This document shows, in pieces, positions 19,424-28,847 of a DNA stretch of 64,000 nt (position 1 is the stretch's first letter; every line of letters begins with the position of its first letter). A program made the position numbers and the translations under genes. The DNA comes from an uncultured Phycisphaerales bacterium (GTDB taxonomy: Bacteria > Planctomycetota > Phycisphaerae > Sedimentisphaerales > Anaerobacaceae), in assembly GCA_963772725.1 (NCBI GenBank), contig CAVYYI010000002.1, positions 416,001 through 480,000 of the forward strand, given 5' to 3'. The notes under the pieces were generated by a model, which made no database searches, had not been told where the DNA came from, and was given only the letters and a program-made list of their open reading frames with translations.

Positions 19424-20735
19424 TCAATTAATTATTTCAAGATTATCCGGGCGAAGCCTTTTGAGTTCAGTCAACTGGTTTCTGCCGAGTTTGGCGATGA
19501 TTATAACATTATTGTCGGCATACTGCTCATCAAGCACAGTGCAGTTGCCCCGCAAAAAACTCTGGATTTTGCCGTTGGACTGGCTCGTTATAACTCGCAG
19601 AGCAACTTCTTCACCTCTGTATTTATCAATAACGGCGTTCATCAGCTTTTCCAAGCCAATACCCGTTTTGGCGGATATGCAAATCGCATTGGGATAAAGG
19701 GTCTGGAGAATTTCAAAATCGCTCATCTTCCTGACGACGTCAATTTTATTAAAAACCTCAAGCACAGGTTTAGAACCGCAGCCTATTTCCGCAAGCACTT
19801 TTTTTACCGATTCGATTTGCTGAGCGACCTCAATATTAGAGACATCTATAATATGGAGCAGCAAATCGGCATTTACCGCCTCTTCGAGAGTCGCCTTAAA
19901 TGACGCGACAAGCTGATGAGGAAGTTTCTTCACAAAACCCACGGTATCGCTTAAAAGCACATCGACCCCGCCATCGAGAAACCATTTCCTGGTTTTTGTG
20001 TCCAGCGTCGCAAAAAGTTTATCCTCAACAAACGCGCCCGCATTAGTAAGAGCGTTTAACAGGGTGCTTTTGCCGGTATTGGTATAGCCAACCAGGCACA
20101 CCTTAAACATTCCGGTTCGGCCATTTATCTCGCGAATTTTGCGTTTGTCAATTTCCTGCAGCTCTCGCTTAAGCTCGGCAATTCTCTTTTGAACCAAGCG
20201 GCGGTCAATCTCAAGCTGCTGTTCACCAGTACCCCTTGTGCCGATACCGCCTACGGCACCCGCACCGACACCCCCTGCCGCGCCGGTAACAGTGTCGAGG
20301 TGCGACCACATTTTTGTCAGACGCGGATATGTATATTCAAGCTGGGCAAGGGAAACCTGAAGCTTTGCCTGCTTAGTTTTGCGCACGGGTGGCAAAAATA
20401 TCGAGAATCAATTCGCTGCGGTCTATGACCTTGACTTGTACAATCTCCTCAAGCTCGCGAATCTGGCCGGGCGAAAGGTCGTTATCGAATATCACGACAT
20501 CGGCATTGAGTTGTTTAACGCGATTTGCCAAATCCTCGGCTTTGCCTTTGCCAACATAAAAAGCGGGATTGGGTTTGCGAATCTTCTGCTGCACCCGGCC
20601 GGCGACTATCGCACCTGCGCTTTCGGCAAGTGCGGTAAGTTCAGCCAAATTATCGCCCCTGTCACCGCCGAGCATGGCCGCTACCAAAACGGCACGCTCT
20701 TTTCTAACCATTAACGAATCGCGTATTTCTTCCAA
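19424..20735 (-). CDS. hflX: GTPase HflX (frameshift near 20385)
   Basis: DRSELILDIF, LEIDRR, GYTNTGKS, FATLD, DTVGF, NKID. Confidence 0.94.
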
Positions 20736-20986
20736 ATAATTTCTCCAAACCAAAACATAATCAATTATATCATTTTATCATAATCGCCCGCAACACGCAA
20801 CCAAACCGCAAAAATCGCCGATTTTGTAAGTTTTTTTCATAAAAATCCGCATTTTCAGACTAAAAAACGCATCTGAAATATTTTTGCTTGAAAATATTTG
20901 CGGCTTATGGTATTAATATTTGTTTTAGCGGTTTGACAAAGTCTATACGAGTATTATTGAATTTGGTTTTGAAAGGTTAATTTTGA

Positions 20987-21181
20987 ATGTTGAAAGTTAA
21001 GTCACGTACGGGCGAATCGGTTCAGCAGATGATGAGGCGTTTTAAGAAGTTATGCGAAAAGGAAGGTCTAATCAGGGATATCAAACGCAACAGCTACTAT
21101 GAAAAGCCCTCAGAGGTGAATCGCCGCCGGAGCCGCAAAGCGATACGCACGGCACAGATACTTTCCAAATACGGCGTATAA
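20987..21181 (+). CDS. rpsU: 30S ribosomal protein bS21
   Basis: MRRFKK...YYEKPSE. Confidence 0.93.
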   Translation: MLKVKSRTGESVQQMMRRFKKLCEKEGLIRDIKRNSYYEKPSEVNRRRSRKAIRTAQILSKYGV

Positions 21182-21212
21182 GTCAGACCATTGAATTTAC
21201 AATAGGTTATGA

Positions 21213-21248
21213 TACGGATGGGCATAACAGTCCATCCGTGTTTTTATT
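21213..21248 (+). terminator. Intrinsic terminator after rpsU
   Basis: ACGGATGG...CCATCCGT followed by TTTTTATTT. Confidence 0.8.
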
Positions 21249-21312
21249 TCCATACCGCTGCACAGTTCAGTAGTTTTTCTCAAAATATTTTTAGTTTTTT
21301 TAAATTTTAATC

Positions 21313-21356
21313 TTGATATTTAGCTATACTGCTATATAGTATACTGCAAATAGCAT
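21313..21356 (+). promoter_or_regulatory. Promoter with probable PadR operator
   Basis: TTGATA-16-TATAGT overlapping the palindrome TATACT-N7-AGTATA and a second imperfect copy. Confidence 0.55.
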
Positions 21357-21375
21357 ATTAAAAAAGAGGTGTGGA

Positions 21376-21714
21376 GTGAATCTGGAAAACTGGCAAACTC
21401 AGCTTCGTAAAGGCCTATTGGAACTGGTCGTTCTGAATATGCTGAACCACGAGGTTTATCACGGCTATGATATGGTGCAAAGTCTTAAGCAGATTCACGG
21501 GCTGAAAATCCGCGAGGGGAATATTTACCCGATTCTGGCGAGACTTCAGGAGGATGGGCTAGTAAAGAGCTACAGCGAGGCGTCGGCGGATGGGCCGCCG
21601 CGAAAATATTTCAATCTTACTGACGCAGGCAGAAAGGCCCTTAGCAATATGAACACGCACTGGGAGCAGATTACCGAAAGCATCCAGATTATCCAAAAGG
21701 GAGAACATAAATGA
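21376..21714 (+). CDS. PadR-family transcriptional regulator
   Basis: QLRKGLLE, HGY, EGNIYPILARL, GPPRKYF. Confidence 0.93.
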   Translation: MNLENWQTQLRKGLLELVVLNMLNHEVYHGYDMVQSLKQIHGLKIREGNIYPILARLQEDGLVKSYSEASADGPPRKYFNLTDAGRKALSNMNTHWEQITESIQIIQKGEHK

Positions 21715-22553
21715 CATCTGAAAATAAACAATGGCTGGACTTGAAGGAAAATTATCTTAAGCAGATAAAAGAGACACTTTGTGCGGCGAAGCAGGCGGAC
21801 GGAGGGGAGATTATTGACAATGTCAGTTCGCATTTGGACAGGCGGTTCGCGGAGCTGAAGGAAGAGGAGCGGACATGGGAGAATTTTCAAAAGATTATCA
21901 CGGAGATGGGGCCGCCGAGCGATTACGCGGAGCTGCTTATTTCAGATGCCTGCGCGGCAAAGAAAGGCAGCGGTAAATATTTTATGCGGGGTGTTCTGGC
22001 CTTAATCGGAATCGGGATTGTGATTGGAGGTTTATGGTGCTTATTATCTTACCGCAATAAGCCGGTTACGCCTGAGCGATTCAGGGAAAATTTTACCAGA
22101 AATATCGCTGGATTTAATATCGATACCGCGACGTTAAAGGATGTTATTAAAAGTTTCGGCGAGCCGGTCGAATATATATGGGGCGAACAGACTTTCAGTA
22201 AAAATAATCTGCCGAATCGCTATGTAGCTATTTATCCGTGCGGATTTCGTGTTTTCATCATGGATAACCAGATTGTTGAATTGAGGCACGAAAGCCCAGG
22301 CGACGGATATGTGTGGAAGGGTAAACTTAAGGTCGGTTCCTCGCTCGATGAAGTTATTAAGGTTTTAGGCGAGCCGGAGCAAACCGTTACAGGCCAGAAA
22401 AACTGGTTTACTGACGACATTTTGTATAAGGATATCGAAGGCAGACCCGGCTATTGCTACTACGCGAGGAAAGACCAGAATATACGACTTTTCTTTATGG
22501 ACTACAAAGTATGCGCTCTTTATATTACCCGCAGCGATTACAATGACCATTGA
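21711..22553 (+). CDS. PadR-associated membrane protein (HAAS-like N-terminus, one TM, repeated extracytoplasmic domain)
   Basis: YLKQIKETL...EIIDNVSSHL...MGPPSDYA, a TM helix, and two VIKxxGEP repeats. Confidence 0.7.
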   Translation: MTSENKQWLDLKENYLKQIKETLCAAKQADGGEIIDNVSSHLDRRFAELKEEERTWENFQKIITEMGPPSDYAELLISDACAAKKGSGKYFMRGVLALIGIGIVIGGLWCLLSYRNKPVTPERFRENFTRNIAGFNIDTATLKDVIKSFGEPVEYIWGEQTFSKNNLPNRYVAIYPCGFRVFIMDNQIVELRHESPGDGYVWKGKLKVGSSLDEVIKVLGEPEQTVTGQKNWFTDDILYKDIEGRPGYCYYARKDQNIRLFFMDYKVCALYITRSDYNDH

Positions 22554-22581
22554 TAAAACATTTTTTTTAAGGAGCCTAAAA

Positions 22582-23397
22582 ATGAGACGCGTAAAAAAAA
22601 CAGATTTCAGAATACCGGCCGCTCTTATTTTTGTGATGGCCATTGTCTCGGTAACGGTGGCTGATGTTACGCTGCCCGCTTCGATATGCGATAATATGGT
22701 ACTGAAGCAAAATACTGAGATAGTGATATGGGGCTGGGCCAATCCAGATGAAAAAGTAAGCGTAAAAGGAGAATGGAGCGATACCACTGTTTCTACTGTA
22801 GCAGCTAAAAACGGGCAATGGTTGGTTAAAATTAATACCCCTTCCAAGGGAGGGCCTTATACTATCGACATCAAAGGAAACAATCACATTGTACTGACAA
22901 ATATTTTTGTCGACAAGGCCAAGGCAGTCTTCAACCAATCGAACAAGAAAAAAACAAACGTCGGCCAAAAAACTCAGGAACCGGAACAAAAAGATAAATC
23001 AAACGCGGCAAATAAAACTTCGGATAACACACTTGCCGCAGGAAGCACGATTGTTAATAACAGAACAGCAGGTGGTTCCCCATTTGATGATCCCGCGGTT
23101 ATTGGAGAGTGGAAAAGCGTTGATTTTGTGCGCGAGATTGGTGATTTTAATCCGGCCAAGAAAAGCTGGCAAGGAGACTTGTATTTGAAAGAGCTTGTAT
23201 TTTTCCCAAATGGAAAAACTTTTAAACCATGGTGGACATGGACAAAAGGACAGGTTTATCATTCCGGCAGTAAAACAACAGCCAGGTACGAAATTAAAAA
23301 TATAGGCGGCCAGACGTATATGTTCTTTGAATGGATGAGCGGCGACGTAGTATTTCGACACCAAAAACCACGGTATTATGTTTTGAAAAAATCTTAG
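22582..23397 (+). CDS. Secreted protein: sialate O-acetylesterase-type N-terminal beta domain plus unrelated C-terminal domain
   Basis: Signal peptide, DNMVLKQ...IWGWA...GGPYTI, low-complexity linker, DDPAVIGEWKSVDFV domain. Confidence 0.6.
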   Translation: MRRVKKTDFRIPAALIFVMAIVSVTVADVTLPASICDNMVLKQNTEIVIWGWANPDEKVSVKGEWSDTTVSTVAAKNGQWLVKINTPSKGGPYTIDIKGNNHIVLTNIFVDKAKAVFNQSNKKKTNVGQKTQEPEQKDKSNAANKTSDNTLAAGSTIVNNRTAGGSPFDDPAVIGEWKSVDFVREIGDFNPAKKSWQGDLYLKELVFFPNGKTFKPWWTWTKGQVYHSGSKTTARYEIKNIGGQTYMFFEWMSGDVVFRHQKPRYYVLKKS

Positions 23398-23439
23398 ATA
23401 TTCGGCAAGATTAAGACCATCCTGCAAAATTATTAAAGA

Positions 23440-24303
23440 GTGTATATGAGATATATCGCTAATAAAATGAGCGGTTTTACGCTGATTGAACTGCTGGTGG
23501 TGATATCGATAATCTCGCTATTAATGTCGATTACTCTGCCTTCCCTCAGCCGGGCAAGAGAAATGGGTAAGCGGATAGACTGCCAATCGAATGTGAGGCA
23601 ACTTACGCTTGCCTGGCAGATGTATGTAATGGATAATGACGAAAAGCTTTGTTCTTCCGATACGTGGTTTAACAACGACTCTTACGGACTACCTGATTAC
23701 TGGCGCAGGCATGAGCCGTCATGGGTAACTGACGGTCCAGACCGTTATAATGAACCTTTGAATTATATCGGCGGAACAGAGACGGCTATAAAAGACGGGG
23801 TACTTTGGCATTATGTTAATTCTCTAAAGGTATATAAATGTAAAAGTGACCGAACAGGTGTATTGCGCAATTATTCTATATCCTCGGTTATGAGTAAAAA
23901 CGATATGTTACCAGATGAGGTATATAATCGTCAATTTGCTACAATGGGTGACATTAAGGGAACTTCGAAAGAAATGGTTTTTATTGATGCAGATGTTTAT
24001 TCTGGCTGTTTGGCGGATGAGCCATGGCTACACGGTTCTTTTTGGCCATTCAATGTAATAAAAGACCCTTGGGTGCCGGTTTGGTGTTGGCAACAAGGTC
24101 AGAGTATAACAGCAAGGCATAGCGATGGCTGCAATCTGTCTTTCGCAGACGGGCATACCGAATTCCTGAGGTGGAGGGACAAGAGAACAGTTAAATTTGC
24201 TAATTCTAATGTACAATCGAGCAACCCGTCTGACACCATCAACAATGAAGATTTTGATACTATAGTAAGGCTATTGTGGGGAAAAATTAAGAGGCCGTAT
24301 TGA
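23440..24303 (+). CDS. Prepilin N-methylation / H-X9-DG domain protein (DUF1559-like)
   Basis: GFTLIELLVVISII, CQSN, RHSDGCNLSFADGH. Confidence 0.9.
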   Translation: MYMRYIANKMSGFTLIELLVVISIISLLMSITLPSLSRAREMGKRIDCQSNVRQLTLAWQMYVMDNDEKLCSSDTWFNNDSYGLPDYWRRHEPSWVTDGPDRYNEPLNYIGGTETAIKDGVLWHYVNSLKVYKCKSDRTGVLRNYSISSVMSKNDMLPDEVYNRQFATMGDIKGTSKEMVFIDADVYSGCLADEPWLHGSFWPFNVIKDPWVPVWCWQQGQSITARHSDGCNLSFADGHTEFLRWRDKRTVKFANSNVQSSNPSDTINNEDFDTIVRLLWGKIKRPY

Positions 24304-24319
24304 TGGGAAAGAATATAGA

Positions 24320-25156
24320 ATGCGGATAGCAAAAAAGATATTTACCGGTTTTACGCTGATTGAACTTTTGGTGGTGATATCGATAATATCTTTGCTGATG
24401 TCGATTATGTTGCCTGCCCTTAACAGGACGCGGGAAATGAGCAGGCGGATAGACTGCCAGTCGAATTTAAGGCAGCTTACTCTTGCATGGCAGATATATG
24501 CAACAGATAATGATGAAAAGCTTTGTTCGCCAGAAACGTATTGGAATAATGATAATTATGGTTTTTTGGATGGCCATTCTCAATACAGGGGTGGAAATTG
24601 GGTTGCAGATGGTGAGGATTTACATGATCCTTGGGCAAATGCCATCGGTGGTACTGAAATTGCCATCAAGGACGGCATTTTGTGGCATTACCTGAATTCT
24701 GTGAAAGTGTATAAATGCAAAAGTGATAAAAGTATTCTCTTGCGAAGTTACTCGCTATCAAAAACTATGGGATACCAATGGGGAGACTTTTGCGGAATAA
24801 CGCCGTTTAAGGCGTCAGGTAATATTTCAAGGGCTGGCGAAAAACTTGTTTTTATTGATGCACAATCGACGCATGAAATTCCCCCTGTAACTATAAGTGT
24901 ATGGCTGGTAGGTGGTTTCATAGCTGTAGATATAACTTCAGTAAATCCGATATGGTATACGCCGGGATTTTGGCATGGGATAACTGCAAGACATGGCGAT
25001 GGATGTAATATAAGTTTCGCGGATGGACATACAGAATATCTAAAATGGAAAGACCAAAGAACCGTTGATTTAGTAAATCTCAAGATTAGCGAGGAAGATG
25101 CTTCGAAGGACAATCCCGACTTAGAACGAATGATTAGCTTGTTGAAAGGGCGCTAA
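24320..25156 (+). CDS. Prepilin N-methylation / H-X9-DG domain protein (paralog)
   Basis: GFTLIELLVVISII, CQSN, RHGDGCNISFADGH. Confidence 0.9.
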   Translation: MRIAKKIFTGFTLIELLVVISIISLLMSIMLPALNRTREMSRRIDCQSNLRQLTLAWQIYATDNDEKLCSPETYWNNDNYGFLDGHSQYRGGNWVADGEDLHDPWANAIGGTEIAIKDGILWHYLNSVKVYKCKSDKSILLRSYSLSKTMGYQWGDFCGITPFKASGNISRAGEKLVFIDAQSTHEIPPVTISVWLVGGFIAVDITSVNPIWYTPGFWHGITARHGDGCNISFADGHTEYLKWKDQRTVDLVNLKISEEDASKDNPDLERMISLLKGR

Positions 25157-25171
25157 TACAATTCTTATATT

Positions 25172-25807
25172 ATGAAAATATTTAAGGATAAGCATATGCC
25201 GGAGTGGAGATACATAAGATACGATATTGTGGAACGATGGGAACGGATAACAGAGAGGCTGCGTTCGCCGAGGGAATGGGTTAATCGGCAGAATCCGAAA
25301 GTTATGCTGGGTATAGCGGGGTTTTGCTTGGTAATTCTTGTTGTAATCGGTATCGGCCAGTTAAGAGACGGTAAAGTAGTGACAAGGGTCGGAAGCAGCA
25401 ATAATAAAAGCTGGTTTTATGACCTCAATACGGGCAGACTTTTTACGGAAAGAAGCGATAAATTGCCGCCGTTTGAGGTTTCATCGGGGCCGCTGGCTAA
25501 TGGTGAACCGGCAGGAGTCAGGGCTTATGTATTCAGTTACAGCGACCAGCCAAACGACAGTAACCGTTTTATCGGTTATCTGGAAAAATTGACGCCGAGA
25601 GGTAAAGAGCTTATGGCCACTTTTTTAAAATCAAGGAGCAATTTAACGAGAGAAAGCGTCATAGAATTGAGCAGGGAAAGGCTTGTCCGCAGCGTTGAAG
25701 GCAAGCAGTGGTTTGCGTCGGACAGCAACGAGGGCAAGGCTGTGATTAGTAAGGGATTTTCACCGAACAAAAAAGGCAAGAAGCCGCAATTTGTTTTGCC
25801 GGAATAG
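25172..25807 (+). CDS. Single-pass membrane protein
   Basis: TM helix followed by WFYDLNTGRLF and FIGYLEK. Confidence 0.7.
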   Translation: MKIFKDKHMPEWRYIRYDIVERWERITERLRSPREWVNRQNPKVMLGIAGFCLVILVVIGIGQLRDGKVVTRVGSSNNKSWFYDLNTGRLFTERSDKLPPFEVSSGPLANGEPAGVRAYVFSYSDQPNDSNRFIGYLEKLTPRGKELMATFLKSRSNLTRESVIELSRERLVRSVEGKQWFASDSNEGKAVISKGFSPNKKGKKPQFVLPE

Positions 25808-25812
25808 CGTAG

Positions 25813-25835
25813 ATTCCCGCTTTCGCGGGAATGAC
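25813..25835. repeat. dRS3-like palindrome
   Basis: ATTCCC-GCTTTCGC-GGGAAT-GAC between convergent genes. Confidence 0.65.
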
Positions 25836-25865
25836 AAAAAATGCAGGCGAACAGAAGAAAAAAGA

Positions 25866-27014
25866 TTATGTTCTAAGGACAGCGCCGCCGAGGTCCTCTT
25901 CTTCTTCCTTTTTATGGCTGGGCATTTCAGTTCTGAGCTTTTTCATTTTGGTCATAGCCTTATCCTGGAGTGCACCTGGCTGACGGCCTTTATCGAGCAT
26001 TTCCTCGAGGCTGATCCGGCCGGCGTCATAGAGGTTCCAGAGATGCTCATCGAGAAGCTGCATACCAAGTTTTTTTCCGGTCTGGATGCTCGAATCGATA
26101 CGGTAAGCCTTATTTTCGCGGATGAGGTTGGAAATAGCGGGTGTAACGACCATAAATTCGTAAGCGGCGACACGGCCCTTTCCAGTCATAAGGGGGCAAA
26201 GCGTCTGGGCGAGAACGGCGATTAGGTTGGTGCTGAGCTGAGTCCGGATTTGTTCCTGCTGATTGGGAGGAAACACATCTATAATTCTGGTTATGGTGCC
26301 TGAAGCGCTTGTCGTGTGAAGGGTGCTGAAGACAAGGTGACCTGTTTCGGCAGCCCTGACGGCGGCTTCGATTGTTTCGAGGTCGCGCAATTCACCAACG
26401 AGGATAACGTCGGGGTCCTGTCTCAAAACACGTCTTAGTGCCTCGGAAAAGCTCGGGACGTCGAGGCCGACTTCTCTCTGGTTGATAATGGATTTTTTAT
26501 GGCTGTGGTAATATTCAATAGGCTCTTCGACGGTTACAATGTGGCGGTCGAAGTTTTCGTTAATGTAATTAATCATCGAGGCCAGGGTAGTGGTTTTACC
26601 GCTGCCGGTAGGGCCTGTAACGAGAAACATACCTCTGGGCCTGCGGCACAGCGCGGCGCAGACTTTGGGCAGACCTATTTCCTCGAGGCTCATAATTTTC
26701 GAGGGAATCAGTCGCAATACTATGGCGATGGTACCCTTTTGTTTGAAGACAGCGACACGGAAACGCGCCATATCGCCAAACGCGAAACCGAAGTCGGTAC
26801 CGCCCTCTTCCTGGAGTTCCTGCTGATTTCTTTCCGGGGTTATGCTTTTCATCAGGCCGGATGTATCGTCAGAATCGAGCACCTTTGTTTCCAAAGAGCG
26901 CAGCGAGCCGTGAACCCTGAATACCGGAGGTTTTCCCACGGTAATATGTATATCAGAGGCACCCTGCGAGACGCAGGCGTGCAGTAAACGGTCCATATTA
27001 ACAGTTGACGCCAT
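25866..27014 (-). CDS. pilT: Type IV pilus retraction ATPase
   Basis: ASDIH, GPTGSGKT, EEPIE, LRQDPD, AETGH, AISNLIRE. Confidence 0.95.
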   Translation of the reverse strand: MASTVNMDRLLHACVSQGASDIHITVGKPPVFRVHGSLRSLETKVLDSDDTSGLMKSITPERNQQELQEEGGTDFGFAFGDMARFRVAVFKQKGTIAIVLRLIPSKIMSLEEIGLPKVCAALCRRPRGMFLVTGPTGSGKTTTLASMINYINENFDRHIVTVEEPIEYYHSHKKSIINQREVGLDVPSFSEALRRVLRQDPDVILVGELRDLETIEAAVRAAETGHLVFSTLHTTSASGTITRIIDVFPPNQQEQIRTQLSTNLIAVLAQTLCPLMTGKGRVAAYEFMVVTPAISNLIRENKAYRIDSSIQTGKKLGMQLLDEHLWNLYDAGRISLEEMLDKGRQPGALQDKAMTKMKKLRTEMPSHKKEEEEDLGGAVLRT

Positions 27015-27036
27015 TGTAATATCCTCAATAACTTAT

Positions 27037-28770
27037 CTAATCTATAACTGTCCCTTCCACCTGGGCGATAGCGGCTATCTCGTCGGGGGTGGTTGTTCCT
27101 TTGAATATTTTAAGTTTGCCATCGCTTAAAAGTGTTCTCATACCGCTCGCGACGGCGGCTTTTCTCAATTCGGAGGTAGTGGCCTTTGAGAACGCCAATT
27201 CTCTGATTTCGTTGTTTAATTCAAGCATTTCAAAAATACCGATACGACCTTTATAGCCTGTTCCATGGCAAATGTTGCAACCGGCACCCTTATATACTGG
27301 CCTGTTTCTGATATCATCAACGGTGATGCCGAGCAGCCGCAGTTTATGAGGGTCGGGGGCCTTATCAACGGTCTTGCAGTTTTTACAAATGACCCTGACG
27401 AGTCTCTGCGCCATAATAGCCTGAATAGAGCTGGCGACCAGAAAGGGTTTTATGCCCATATCAATAAGACGCGTGATGGCACTAATGGCGTCATTGGTGT
27501 GCAGGGTACTGAAAACGAGGTGACCTGTAAGCGCGGCCTGGATGGCGATATCCGCCACGATACCGTCTCGAATTTCACCGATGAGAATAATATTCGGCGC
27601 CTGTCTGAGCATGGACCTGAGGATAGCATCAAAAGTCAGGCCGATATCATCTCTAACCTGGCACTGGTTCATACCGGCAAAGTTATATTCGACGGGGTCT
27701 TCGGCAGTAATAATTTTCTTATCCGACCTGTTGAGTTCCTGCAACGCGGCGTAAAGTGTTGTGGTTTTACCGCTGCCTGTAGGTCCAGTAACAAGGAAGA
27801 TACCATTTGGTCTTTTGATTATACGCTGGAATCTTTCGTAGTCGTCATGCTCAAAACCGAGGGATTGAATACCGATATTTACTGCGTCAGGGCGCAAAAT
27901 TCTCATTACGACACTTTCGCCGTGACTGCCCGGGAGGGCCGAGACACGGAAATCGATATCCTGTCCGGCGATATTGCGTTTTATTCTGCCGTCCTGCGGG
28001 AGACGTTTTTCGGCGATATCCATACCGGACAAAATTTTAATACGTGTAATCATGGAGGCCTGCATACTCTTGGGGATATTATCTTTTTCAAGGCAGACAC
28101 CGTCAACGCGGTATCTTATTCTGACCCTGTCAGCCATCGGTTCAACATGAATATCGCTTGCCCTCATGTGATAGGCGTTATCAATAATTAGGTTGACGAG
28201 TTTCACGATGGGTGCATCATCGTCACCGGCGGCCTGTGCCTGAAGTGCAACGGCCTGCAACTCATGGCCTGCTTCGGCAAGCTCGGCGGCAGTGGCGTCA
28301 ATACTGTGTTTCAGTTTGTCATCATTCTGTGTTTTGACTCTATCAAAGGATTCCTCGATATAGGCGCGTATTTTATCGGAATTTGCGAGATAACAATGGG
28401 GCTCGGTATTGAGCCTGAATCTGATTATATCAATGACTTCAAGGTTGAGGGGGTCGCCGATAATAAGTTTGAGTCTGCCGTCATTCATACCTAAAGGCAG
28501 GACATTGTATCTTTTGACAAGGTCCTCAGGGACAAGCTTTGCGGCTTCGGGCGGAATAGTGGTGACGTCGAGATTTATGTATTCAAGGCCGAATTGCTTG
28601 GCGATAACCTGAGTCAGGGTTTCTTCGTCGATGAGGCCAAGCTCGAGCAAGACCTGTCCAAGACGTTTATTATTGGACTTAGCGGTCTTAATCGCTTCAA
28701 TAAGCGGTTCCTTCTCAACTAAGCCCGCCTTGAAGATAATCTCACCTAATTTTTTGCGTGATTTAGCCAT
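27037..28770 (-). CDS. pilB: PilB/GspE assembly ATPase with MshEN domain
   Basis: KLGEI/RLGQVL MshEN-like repeats, ASDIH, GPTGSGKT, EDPVE, CxxC...CxxC. Confidence 0.92.
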   Translation of the reverse strand: MAKSRKKLGEIIFKAGLVEKEPLIEAIKTAKSNNKRLGQVLLELGLIDEETLTQVIAKQFGLEYINLDVTTIPPEAAKLVPEDLVKRYNVLPLGMNDGRLKLIIGDPLNLEVIDIIRFRLNTEPHCYLANSDKIRAYIEESFDRVKTQNDDKLKHSIDATAAELAEAGHELQAVALQAQAAGDDDAPIVKLVNLIIDNAYHMRASDIHVEPMADRVRIRYRVDGVCLEKDNIPKSMQASMITRIKILSGMDIAEKRLPQDGRIKRNIAGQDIDFRVSALPGSHGESVVMRILRPDAVNIGIQSLGFEHDDYERFQRIIKRPNGIFLVTGPTGSGKTTTLYAALQELNRSDKKIITAEDPVEYNFAGMNQCQVRDDIGLTFDAILRSMLRQAPNIILIGEIRDGIVADIAIQAALTGHLVFSTLHTNDAISAITRLIDMGIKPFLVASSIQAIMAQRLVRVICKNCKTVDKAPDPHKLRLLGITVDDIRNRPVYKGAGCNICHGTGYKGRIGIFEMLELNNEIRELAFSKATTSELRKAAVASGMRTLLSDGKLKIFKGTTTPDEIAAIAQVEGTVID

Positions 28771-28847
28771 ATTCCACAATTATTTTCGGTATTATGTCAA
28801 TCTGGGTAAAGTCTAATTATAGCATTATTTTGTGAATAAGTCAAATG

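Noticed and set aside
27265..28191. 308-aa plus-strand ORF
   Set aside because: Antisense shadow of pilB.
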